A DNA stretch of 64,000 nucleotides from an uncultured Gammaproteobacteria bacterium. Its GTDB lineage: Bacteria; Patescibacteriota; Patescibacteriia; Magasanikbacterales; UBA922. Numbering within the stretch: position 1 is the first letter of the stretch; each line of letters opens with the position of its first letter. The translations under genes and the position numbers were made by a program. Under the pieces are notes generated by a model that did no database searches, was not told where the DNA came from, and worked only from the letters and a program-made list of their open reading frames with translations. Where the stretch lies: NCBI GenBank assembly GCA_964612105.1, contig CAZTEU010000001.1:147437-211436 (forward strand). The letters run 5' to 3'. Below, one piece after another: positions 54,856 to 63,490 of the stretch.

Positions 54856-56697
54856 TCAGATGCAGACCTGGGTAGGCCTTCCAATGGTCTTGTAGAAAAA
54901 CCACTCGATCCCGAATGCACAACCCTTGCCGTTCTTGTAGTCACAGCTCTGATCCTTGGGGTCGCTGTTGTCGCACTCAACACAGAACTTCTGGTTTTTC
55001 TTCTCGGCTGCCCAGTAGACAGTAGCACACTGCTCACCGAACTTTGACCCCTTGCAGTCCTTGTCGGCTCCACAGCAACCAAAGTCCTCATGGTGACATT
55101 TGCCGTTGAGATCACAGTAGTCCGCGGTGCAGACCTTGCCATCAGAGCAGTCCTTGTTGACCTTGCACAGCTTACATCCAGCGATTGGTTTGTATTGACA
55201 CCCATTCGTCTTGTTGCAGGAGTCTGTTGTGCACAGATCCCCGTCATCGCATGACAATTCCTTGCCTGTACAGATACTTCCCTTGCACTTGTCGTTGAGG
55301 GTGCAGACGTTCATGTCTGTGCAAATTGCACCATCGTCCATCGGGATGAAGGTGCACTTGCCGGTCTTCTGGTCACAGGAGTCCTTGGTGCAAGGGTTCT
55401 TGTCCACACACTCCACTCCCATGCCAAGACACTTGCCGTCCTTGCATCCATCGCTGGTCGTGCAAGAATCGTTGTCGTTGCAGTCGATACCATTCTGGGA
55501 TGGTGTGAAGGCACAATCTCCAGTCTTGGAGTCGCAGAAATCCTTGGTGCATGGATTGTTGTCTTCACACACCTTTGTGGTTTTCGTGATGCAGACCCCA
55601 CTGATGCACTTTTCCACAGTGCAGACGTCGCTTTCCTTGCACTTCTTCATCTCTGTGATCTTGCAACCCTTGCTTGTGCAGACCATCTTCTCGATGCACG
55701 ACTGAGCGTCGACTTTGCACTGATCGTGGTCTGGGCTGTGAGCACACTTCCCTGTTCCAAGAACGCACGAGTCGATGGTGCATGCGATTCCATCCTTGCA
55801 GTCGACAGACTCGTTCTTGCACTTGCTGTTGGCTGTGCAGGTGTCGGTGGTGCAGAGGTTCTTGTCATCACAATCACCTGACTTGGTGCACTCGCAAACG
55901 TTGATGCCTTTGGTGCACGTGTTCTTGATGCACTGATGATTGACTGTGCAAGAATCCTCGTCATCGCACTCGACGTCTGTAGAGCAACAGTCCTCGATCT
56001 CCTCGTGTATGCACTCTTTCAAGGTTTCCAAATCGCAGGAGTCTGCAGTACAAGGTTTGCCGTCGTCGCAGGACTTTTGGTTCACAGTGAACACACACTT
56101 CCCGCTCTCGAAGACGCATAGATCGTCTGTGCAATCAACCCCGTCGTCGCAAATGACATTGTCCGTGTTCACACAAAGACTGTCCTGACATACGTCGACG
56201 GTGCAGAGATTCTCATCCAAATCACACACATTGCCAATCGACTTGTACACGCAACCCTTGCCTGGATCGCATGAATCGTCCGTGCAGACATTGTCGTCGT
56301 TGCAAACCTTCCACGAATCCATGTCTCCGACACACTTCCCGCTTTCGAGATCGCACTTGGAAATCTCGGTGCAGGAGTTGTTATCATCACAGGTCGCGGT
56401 GTTTGGCATATGCACACAGCCGACATCTTCTTCGCAGACATCTTTGGTGCAAATCTTGCCGTCGTCGCATTTGTCGGGGACGTAGTCGCACTTGTTGTTG
56501 CTGTTGCATTTGCCAATCCAGCAACTCTTGATGCAATCATCCTTCGTCTCACAGAAACCAGGAGGAAGTTGTGTATCCTCAGAGCCCTGATCTGCAAAGG
56601 TAGCAGCGTCAGCCGGCCCTTTGACCGAATCTTCGCTACATGAAATTGAGAGGAAAATCACCACGAACATCGTGATGATGAGGTCCCGGTTCATCAT
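54856..56697 (-). CDS. giant cysteine-rich repeat lipoprotein/secreted protein (GC-rich island)
   Basis: Start at MMNRDLIITMFVVIFLSISC, 7 nt after SD AAGGAG. Dozens of repeats of the form C-x-D-x-N/D-x-C-T-x-D-x-C-D-x-x-T/S-G-x-C, about 18% Cys. Resembles Myxococcus-type cysteine-rich repeats (inference). Confidence 0.65.
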   Translation of the reverse strand: MMNRDLIITMFVVIFLSISCSEDSVKGPADAATFADQGSEDTQLPPGFCETKDDCIKSCWIGKCNSNNKCDYVPDKCDDGKICTKDVCEEDVGCVHMPNTATCDDNNSCTEISKCDLESGKCVGDMDSWKVCNDDNVCTDDSCDPGKGCVYKSIGNVCDLDENLCTVDVCQDSLCVNTDNVICDDGVDCTDDLCVFESGKCVFTVNQKSCDDGKPCTADSCDLETLKECIHEEIEDCCSTDVECDDEDSCTVNHQCIKNTCTKGINVCECTKSGDCDDKNLCTTDTCTANSKCKNESVDCKDGIACTIDSCVLGTGKCAHSPDHDQCKVDAQSCIEKMVCTSKGCKITEMKKCKESDVCTVEKCISGVCITKTTKVCEDNNPCTKDFCDSKTGDCAFTPSQNGIDCNDNDSCTTSDGCKDGKCLGMGVECVDKNPCTKDSCDQKTGKCTFIPMDDGAICTDMNVCTLNDKCKGSICTGKELSCDDGDLCTTDSCNKTNGCQYKPIAGCKLCKVNKDCSDGKVCTADYCDLNGKCHHEDFGCCGADKDCKGSKFGEQCATVYWAAEKKNQKFCVECDNSDPKDQSCDYKNGKGCAFGIEWFFYKTIGRPTQVCI

Positions 56698-56856
56698 CTC
56701 AGCTCCTTCTTGACTGCACTTGGCAGTACTGTTGCGCACACGAATACAAATGGTCAGCTTGAGCTAACACACACAATATCCATAAGATACTCTGTGAGCT
56801 AGCCCAAAGCATAGTATAAAAAGAACGCTGTTGTTCCTATTATAGGAAAACAGCTA

Positions 56857-56885
56857 AAATTAGCAAAATTTTGTTATCTTGTCAA
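56857..56885 (-). promoter_or_regulatory. sigma70-like promoter for the Cys-rich protein gene
   Basis: Minus-strand TTGACA, a 17-nt spacer, then TAATTT. About 150-nt AT-rich 5' UTR. Confidence 0.45.
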
Positions 56886-57694
56886 GCTGATGTCCTATTT
56901 TCTACTATGTTGAGCCAAATACTGCTGAGTTCTGTAATTATATCTTGAGAATTATAAAAATCTCCATTTCTTTTGCTCATTTTCTCACCAGCTAACCCGT
57001 TAAGATACGCACCAGCAAGAGTGGCTATGATAATATCATTACTGCACAATAATCCAGATATTAATCCCACCAAAACATCACCTGTACCACCCTTTGTCAT
57101 TCCCACATGACCTGACCTATTTTCCCATATTTCTTTACCATTACTTATATAATCTATCTGTCCGGTTAACAGTACAACACCACCGAACTCCTTAGCTGCT
57201 CTTTTTACCTCATCTGGTGTTGGTTCTACACCAAAAGCATGACTAAACTCACGTGTGTGTGGAGTTACAACACAATTTTCATGGAGGAGTTCTTTGTTTA
57301 CATGCCACAGCGCTGTGGCATCCACAACAATTTTCTTATGCTTATAATTAATCAATATATTTGTTGTTAACTCATATGTACTTTCTGACTCCTCCATTCC
57401 GGGACCAATTGCAATTGCATCTACAAGTTCTATTGTTTCTTCTAATTCATTGTCCTTTATTGTAATAAAAGTTGATGTTTCACTCTTTAGTTTGTTTATT
57501 AGATCTACATTATTGTTTGTGGTGTACACATAAACAATATCTACAATTCTTGAGGCTGTTTGCACTGCCAGTAAAAGTGCTCCATGATATTTTTCTGATC
57601 CTGCAATAATAAGTAAACGCCCATTCTGACCTTTGTGTGAGTTGGGCGTTTTTTTATTTAATGAACCTAAAATTGTCCTTTCTACAACATTCAT
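56882..57694 (-). CDS. nnr: ADP-dependent NAD(P)H-hydrate dehydratase (YjeF C-terminal domain)
   Basis: HKGQNGRLLIIAGS...GGTGDVLVGLISGLL carries the YjeF_C signature. Confidence 0.65.
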   Translation of the reverse strand: MNVVERTILGSLNKKTPNSHKGQNGRLLIIAGSEKYHGALLLAVQTASRIVDIVYVYTTNNNVDLINKLKSETSTFITIKDNELEETIELVDAIAIGPGMEESESTYELTTNILINYKHKKIVVDATALWHVNKELLHENCVVTPHTREFSHAFGVEPTPDEVKRAAKEFGGVVLLTGQIDYISNGKEIWENRSGHVGMTKGGTGDVLVGLISGLLCSNDIIIATLAGAYLNGLAGEKMSKRNGDFYNSQDIITELSSIWLNIVENRTSA

Positions 57695-57696
57695 AA

Positions 57697-59496
57697 TTAG
57701 CCATCAAAACTAATTACTTCGTCTGGGTTTATTGATTTTGGTTTTGGTTCTACTTTATCTACAATAGGTTCTTGTTTTTTTGATGTATTTTGAGTGTTCT
57801 GTTGGTTATGTTGAGGAGCGCCACCATTTTGCTTGTTCTTTTTTTTACGTTTTCTTTTTCTTTTACGTTTTTTATTTTCATTGGATGGCTTATTATCACT
57901 ATCTATATTATCTTTCTTAACTTCTACTTTAACGTCCTCTTTTTTTGGGAGTAAATCATTTAATGAGAGGGAGTCTGGTTTTTCCTCTTTCTTTATCTCT
58001 TCTTTTTTCTCAACAACCTCCTCTTTCTTTTCTGGCTTAGGTGTGTCTTTTTTCTTTTCAAACTCTTTTGGAAACTCTTTTGCTGGTACAGGTTTATTTT
58101 TTGGTGTTTCATTCTTACCCTCTTTGTTCTTTGTGGTGTCTATATTATCTGATTCTTCACCATCACCCTCTTCTCCCAATCCACTCCAGCGTAATATCTT
58201 ATCCTCAATCATTTCTCGAGGTTTTGAATATCTTTCGCGGGACACCTTTACTACTCTTTCGCTACTTCCAGTAGGAGAACCAATTGGAGGTAGCGTGGAG
58301 GATGTAAACGGCTGGGAAGATACTCCATCTATCATTAGTTTTAATATAATCTCAAATTTTGCAAGATTAACAATATCTTCTTCTATAAATGTTGGACTAA
58401 ACTCTTTGACCAAAGCTTCTGCATCTGCACCACCAACACGGAAAGAAATAATTGTACCAACATTACCAAAAACCGCATCTGCAACAATTTCATCTAACTG
58501 CGCAATATATTGGTGAGCCATAACAAGACTCAATCGATACTTTCTAGCCTCAGAAAGAATGTTTGCAAAAGATGGAGTTGCAAAGTTCTGAAACTCATCA
58601 ACAAAGAGAACAAAATCTCTGCGATCCTTCTCCGGTGTATCTACACGCTCCATTGCTGCAAGTTGAATCTTTGTAATTAACATTCCACCCAAAAGTCTAC
58701 TATTATCCTCTCCAATCCTACCTTTTGAGAGGTTCATAATGATTATCTTGCCTGTATCCATTGCGTCGCGAATTTCTACAGTAGATTTTACCTGAGCAAC
58801 CATATTACGAATAACATTTGCAGAAAGAAATTGACCAATCTTATTCTGAATAGGTGCAACAGCTTCTTGTTGATATCTGTCATTATAATTAGCAAACTCA
58901 TTTTGCCAGAAGGATTTAATAACCGGATCTTTGAGTCCACGCACAATTTTCTTTCTATATTTCTTATCTCCAAGCATCCTGTTAATTCCAAGAAGTGTTG
59001 TGCCTGGATTATCTAAAAGAGCAAGTAAGGTGTTATTTAATATGTATTCCATCCTAGAACTCCACACATCTGGCCATATCTTCTTGAATATACCCATCAG
59101 TCCAGCTACAACCAAATGCTTCTGGTCCTCGTTTTCTACTTCTAATATGTTAAAACCAATAGGATTTCCAACATCTGATGGATTTATGTATATAACATCA
59201 TTAATTCTATACGATGGAATGTAGTCAATAATTTTCTCTGCAAAATCTCCATGTGGATCCACTACACCAACTCCATGTCCGGCATATATATCATGGAGAA
59301 CCATATTTTCTAACAAAGTGGTTTTTCCCATACCTGTCTTCCCCACCACATACATATGTCTGCGCCTATCGTCTAGTTTAATACCAAAACGACGCATTTG
59401 ATTGCGAAAGTTTGTTTGGGCAAAAAGACAAATCTGCTCATCCTCTTTGGACTCATCTTTTCCTGTACTTAGGTGGTGAGTTGGCATATATGGCAT
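57697..59496 (-). CDS. VirB4-like type IV secretion ATPase, split ATPase-domain paralog with a K/E-rich basic tail
   Basis: Walker A YVVGKTGMGKTT, Walker B VLFVDEFQNF, then SEARKYRLSLVMAHQY. Collinear with the C-half of 7565-10138. C-terminal ~170 aa are a low-complexity K/E/P tail ending NKKRKRKRKRKKKNKQ. Confidence 0.7.
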   Translation of the reverse strand: MPYMPTHHLSTGKDESKEDEQICLFAQTNFRNQMRRFGIKLDDRRRHMYVVGKTGMGKTTLLENMVLHDIYAGHGVGVVDPHGDFAEKIIDYIPSYRINDVIYINPSDVGNPIGFNILEVENEDQKHLVVAGLMGIFKKIWPDVWSSRMEYILNNTLLALLDNPGTTLLGINRMLGDKKYRKKIVRGLKDPVIKSFWQNEFANYNDRYQQEAVAPIQNKIGQFLSANVIRNMVAQVKSTVEIRDAMDTGKIIIMNLSKGRIGEDNSRLLGGMLITKIQLAAMERVDTPEKDRRDFVLFVDEFQNFATPSFANILSEARKYRLSLVMAHQYIAQLDEIVADAVFGNVGTIISFRVGGADAEALVKEFSPTFIEEDIVNLAKFEIILKLMIDGVSSQPFTSSTLPPIGSPTGSSERVVKVSRERYSKPREMIEDKILRWSGLGEEGDGEESDNIDTTKNKEGKNETPKNKPVPAKEFPKEFEKKKDTPKPEKKEEVVEKKEEIKKEEKPDSLSLNDLLPKKEDVKVEVKKDNIDSDNKPSNENKKRKRKRKRKKKNKQNGGAPQHNQQNTQNTSKKQEPIVDKVEPKPKSINPDEVISFDG

Positions 59497-59554
59497 TATA
59501 ACAAAAAAAAGACCTCTATGCGAGGTCTTTTCTGTGGTTAATCTCTTATTGGTT

Positions 59555-60265
59555 TTATAGGAATTGTTTAATTACTGCCTCTACATTTGCATAAGGTTGT
59601 GCACCACTTACTGGTATCATTTCCCCATCAGGACTAATAACTACAGAATATGGTGTACCTTGCGCACCTGCTCCAGCACCATCTTGCTCATCTGCCTGCA
59701 CATCTGATGCATACTTTTGCTCCGAAACACATTTGTTAAACTTGTCTAAATCTTTTACCCCAGCTCTCTTTGCCAACTCTGCAGTGTCTGCTAAACCACT
59801 TTCAAAGTTAACATCCATATATTCCCAGAATTTACCTTGCTCACCCGCACATTCAGATGCAATAGCCTTTGTTCTTGCATTTGGATGTAGCCCATCAAGT
59901 GGAAAGTGTCTGTATATCCAACGAACATCATCACCATAGTTTTTTACTATCTCGTTCATTGTGTCATGGAATTTCTGACAGAACGGACAATCCATATCGG
60001 AAAACTCAACTATCGTCACTTTTGCTTTCTCATTTCCTCTAATATGATCTTTTTTCTTGTCCACTTCTGCTACCGTAACATCTACTGGAGCAGAAGGCTC
60101 ATTAGGATTTACTGTTGGCGATGGGACATTTGGTACCACAGCAACATCTTTTTTGTCATCGTCGCTTAGAACGATGCCAAGTAGTATAAAAAAACCTATT
60201 GTACAAAGGACGAGAACTCCCCCAACCGCTCCTAGTCCAAAAGCTTGTTTTTGTGAAACAGCCAT
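59555..60265 (-). CDS. DsbA-family thiol:disulfide oxidoreductase (membrane-anchored)
   Basis: N-terminal TM and thioredoxin motif CPFC (DMDCPFCQKFHD). Confidence 0.75.
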   Translation of the reverse strand: MAVSQKQAFGLGAVGGVLVLCTIGFFILLGIVLSDDDKKDVAVVPNVPSPTVNPNEPSAPVDVTVAEVDKKKDHIRGNEKAKVTIVEFSDMDCPFCQKFHDTMNEIVKNYGDDVRWIYRHFPLDGLHPNARTKAIASECAGEQGKFWEYMDVNFESGLADTAELAKRAGVKDLDKFNKCVSEQKYASDVQADEQDGAGAGAQGTPYSVVISPDGEMIPVSGAQPYANVEAVIKQFL

Positions 60266-60355
60266 ACTGTATTTGTTTATGAATAAAGAGGTTCTCTGAT
60301 TGTATCAAACAGGCAAAATAGATGCAAATATTACTTGTATATATGTATAATCTAA

Positions 60356-61642
60356 TTATTTATTTAATATTTCTCTCGTCTCTCTCTTGTAACTCTCTAC
60401 ATTTGGCTGGTTGAAAGTGTCTACATTTAAGAGTCTTCCGAGATACATCATTTCTATCATCTTAAACTGCATAAACTCCCCTACTGACCTTTCATTTATA
60501 TCATCTAGTACAACTTCCATAAAAGGAAGTCTTTTTTTACGATAAGCAATTTTTGTTCCTTCTAGAATTGCTTGTAAGATGTCTTTCGCACCTTTTCCAG
60601 AAACCATTCTTACTAATTCTGGAAATATTCGCTTTTTTGGTAATACTACTTTTTCTTTTACGCTTTTGCTGTAAATAAAAGTAGTAATTTTATCTTTTGG
60701 ACCACCTAGATACAATTGTCCTACAGAGTGCAGATCTGTAGACCCAACAGATACGGTTGGGGTCAGTCCGGAGTTAACTTTTTTTCCCTTCAAGTTTTTT
60801 TCTTTTCCAACACTTTCTCCCATAAGTTGCCTATACCACTTACCTAATGATTCTAATTCTGAGTTAAAAACAAAATTATCATTTATGACCCTTCCTTTTT
60901 TGTTTTGTGTATATAATATGACTGAGGATAACATTGCTGGATTCTTTTTTACATTATTCTGAGTGCACAGTGAACGCACTCTTCTTGCTCCATCAAGAAT
61001 CTTGTCTATATTTATTCCGGAAGCTAATAGGGGGAAGAGCCCAACAGAAGAAAGTACAGAATATCTACCTCCTACCAGTTTTGGAATAGTCAGTGTACTT
61101 ATTTTTTTCTTTCTTGCTGATATCCAGTATTTGGACGCTTCATCTGTAATAACAACTAGTCGGTCTTCTGAGTTCTTGAACTTTAGCATGTTCATTACAA
61201 TTTCCGTGTTTGCTATTGTCTCTGCTGTTCCCCCTGATTTGGATATTGAACACACTAATATTTCATCCTTGTGTTTTATTTCCTTTTTAATAAAATTCCT
61301 GAGGTTTATTAATTTTGAAGTGCTTGTTGTATCAATAAATATTATTTCTGGCCTTTTTTTAGACACACGCAATGCATCATACACAGCTTTTGTTCCAAGA
61401 TTGGAACCACCGATACCAATCACAATAATATACTTAAGTTTTTTTGAAACCTTATCTTTGACAAGCTTCTTCACCTCTGACACAGCTTTTTTATCAAAAG
61501 GGCAGTTTATAGAGGACTCATTATCCTCATAATTGTTCTTCTTGGAAACTTCTTGCAAAAGTTTTGTATAATCTTTTAATTTCTTCCCTATAGACAAAAT
61601 TTGCTTTTGTGAAATCAAACTATCTTTGTATAAAAACTTCAT
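60356..61642 (-). CDS. pgi: glucose-6-phosphate isomerase
   Basis: SIS-domain GIGGSNLG and PGI C-terminal motifs. 428 aa. Confidence 0.75.
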   Translation of the reverse strand: MKFLYKDSLISQKQILSIGKKLKDYTKLLQEVSKKNNYEDNESSINCPFDKKAVSEVKKLVKDKVSKKLKYIIVIGIGGSNLGTKAVYDALRVSKKRPEIIFIDTTSTSKLINLRNFIKKEIKHKDEILVCSISKSGGTAETIANTEIVMNMLKFKNSEDRLVVITDEASKYWISARKKKISTLTIPKLVGGRYSVLSSVGLFPLLASGINIDKILDGARRVRSLCTQNNVKKNPAMLSSVILYTQNKKGRVINDNFVFNSELESLGKWYRQLMGESVGKEKNLKGKKVNSGLTPTVSVGSTDLHSVGQLYLGGPKDKITTFIYSKSVKEKVVLPKKRIFPELVRMVSGKGAKDILQAILEGTKIAYRKKRLPFMEVVLDDINERSVGEFMQFKMIEMMYLGRLLNVDTFNQPNVESYKRETREILNK

Positions 61643-61818
61643 ATTATTTTAAAAGATTATTCAAAAAAATTATAGTCCTTAAACTATCCAGTCTCATAAA
61701 CAAAATTATTTAATACCAAGGAATTATATCACACAAAAAGATATTCACAAAAACTAGTATTGACGTATTGCTGTGGCTGTATTATGCTAGTTAAACGTCT
61801 AAATATTAATAAATTACT

Positions 61819-62415
61819 ATGTCTTTTTACAAAGAAAAGGAGGATGAAAGAAAACCAATTGTTGGGTCGTCTTTACCAGACACAAGCATGGAGATCTTTC
61901 ATGAGAACAACATTAAGAAAATAAAGCTGTCAGATTATCGTGGCAAATGGCTTGTGCTTTTTTTCTACCCTGCAGATTTCACATTTATTTGTCCCACTGA
62001 GCTAGAGGAAATGGCGGAATTGTATCCAATGTTTCAAGAGCTCAATGCAGAAATTGTGAGTGTAAGTACAGATACAGCTTTTGTACACAAAGCTTGGCAT
62101 GATAATTCTCTGGCAATTGGAAAGGTTAGGTTTCCAATGGGAGCAGACCCAACTGGAAAATTATGCAAAAGACTTGGTACATATATAGAAGATGAGGGAT
62201 TATCACTTCGTGGTAGTTTTATTGTAGACCCAGATGGAATTATTAGAGCATTCGAACTCCACGATAATAGTATAGGAAGAAGTTGTAGGGAACTATTGAG
62301 AAAATTACAAGCTGCTCAGTACGTAGCAAGTCATAATGGACAAGTGTGTCCAGCAAAATGGCAACCAGGTGATCAAACACTTAGACCCGGTGTAGATCTT
62401 ATTGGAAAAATATAA
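61819..62415 (+). CDS. 2-Cys peroxiredoxin (AhpC/Prx1)
   Basis: Peroxidatic Cys motif FFYPADFTFICPTE and resolving Cys VCPAKW. Confidence 0.85.
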   Translation: MSFYKEKEDERKPIVGSSLPDTSMEIFHENNIKKIKLSDYRGKWLVLFFYPADFTFICPTELEEMAELYPMFQELNAEIVSVSTDTAFVHKAWHDNSLAIGKVRFPMGADPTGKLCKRLGTYIEDEGLSLRGSFIVDPDGIIRAFELHDNSIGRSCRELLRKLQAAQYVASHNGQVCPAKWQPGDQTLRPGVDLIGKI

Positions 62416-62444
62416 AAAAATTAATAAATAAAACAAAAACAAAT

Positions 62445-63032
62445 ATGTTTGAACTACCACAACTTCCATATGCAAAAGACTCAATGGAATCTTTTATGAG
62501 TCCAGAGACTTTTGACTTTCATCACGGAAAGCATCATGCTGGATACGTTACAAAACTAAATAATGCAATAGAAGGAACAGAATTTGCAGAACTATCGTTA
62601 GAGGAGATAATAATTAAGTCTAGTACAGACGGAAACACTGGTTTGTTTAACAATTCTGCCCAACACTACAACCACAGCTTTTTCTGGGAATGCTTTTCAC
62701 CGGACAGTGGAGGTGATCCTTCTGGAAATATTGCAGAGAAAATAAAGGAGAGCTTTGGAGATTTTAATAGTTTCAAAGAATTATTTAGCAAAACATCAGC
62801 TGGATTATTTGGATCTGGGTGGGTATGGCTAGTCCTAGGAGAGGATAAGAAGCTTGAAATCCTAGACTTATCAAATGCAGGCACTCCAATTACTACTGGC
62901 AAGAAACCCCTCCTAACTATAGATGTATGGGAACATGCATATTATATAGACCATAGAAATGCCCGGGCTACATATATAGAAAAATTTTGGGATTTTGTAG
63001 ATTGGGGAAAAGTGGATAGCTTATTACAGTAA
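62445..63032 (+). CDS. sod: Fe/Mn superoxide dismutase
   Basis: HHGKHH...DVWEHAYYIDHRN ligand motifs. Confidence 0.9.
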   Translation: MFELPQLPYAKDSMESFMSPETFDFHHGKHHAGYVTKLNNAIEGTEFAELSLEEIIIKSSTDGNTGLFNNSAQHYNHSFFWECFSPDSGGDPSGNIAEKIKESFGDFNSFKELFSKTSAGLFGSGWVWLVLGEDKKLEILDLSNAGTPITTGKKPLLTIDVWEHAYYIDHRNARATYIEKFWDFVDWGKVDSLLQ

Positions 63033-63182
63033 TCTATTGACATTGATTTGTTATGTTTGTATACTCTCCCCAGAACTTTTGTTATTTTCCTTGTTAGAAC
63101 GATTTAAATGTGCACAATTTAATAGTTTTTTTGACAGAAAATATATCGGTTCGTTAAAATTCATAAGTTAGACAAAATAGTT

Positions 63183-63443
63183 ATGTCAAAAAAATTATTT
63201 GTTGGAAACCTTGACTGGGGTGTAAAGGGAGAAGACCTACAAGGTCTATTCTCAGAGCACGGAGCAGTTGAGGAATCAGTTGTTATCGAAGATCGTGCAA
63301 CTGGTCGTTCCAAAGGATTCGGTTTCGTCACCATGACAAATGATGATGAAGCTGACAAAGCAGTAGAGGCTCTTAACGGACAAGATTTCAAAGGAAGAGA
63401 TCTTACAGTAAACGAAGCAAGACCTCCAAAACCTCGTTACTAA
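63183..63443 (+). CDS. RRM-domain RNA-binding protein
   Basis: RNP2 LFVGNL and RNP1 KGFGFVTM. 86 aa. Confidence 0.8.
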   Translation: MSKKLFVGNLDWGVKGEDLQGLFSEHGAVEESVVIEDRATGRSKGFGFVTMTNDDEADKAVEALNGQDFKGRDLTVNEARPPKPRY

Positions 63444-63455
63444 ACGAATAAAAAA

Positions 63456-63481
63456 ATAGAGCGTGTGCAGCTCTATTTTTT
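63456..63481. terminator. bidirectional terminator
   Basis: ATAGAGC-gtgtgca-GCTCTAT with A7 before and T-run after. Confidence 0.65.
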
Positions 63482-63490
63482 ATTTATATT

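Noticed and set aside
54648-56643. About 12 overlapping ORFs on both strands inside 54856-56739 (e.g. 54648-55247, 55211-55705, 55647-55964, 56271-56531)
   Set aside because: These are alternative frames of the GC-rich, repetitive Cys-rich protein gene. GC-rich DNA has few stops, and the translations are low-complexity Arg/Ser/Thr-rich.
61855-61872. GGAGG-like sequence AAAGGAGGATG inside the peroxiredoxin ORF as an alternative SD/start
   Set aside because: There is zero spacing between the GGAGG and the ATG, and native genes here do not use SD. The N-terminus from 61819 gives normal Prx length.
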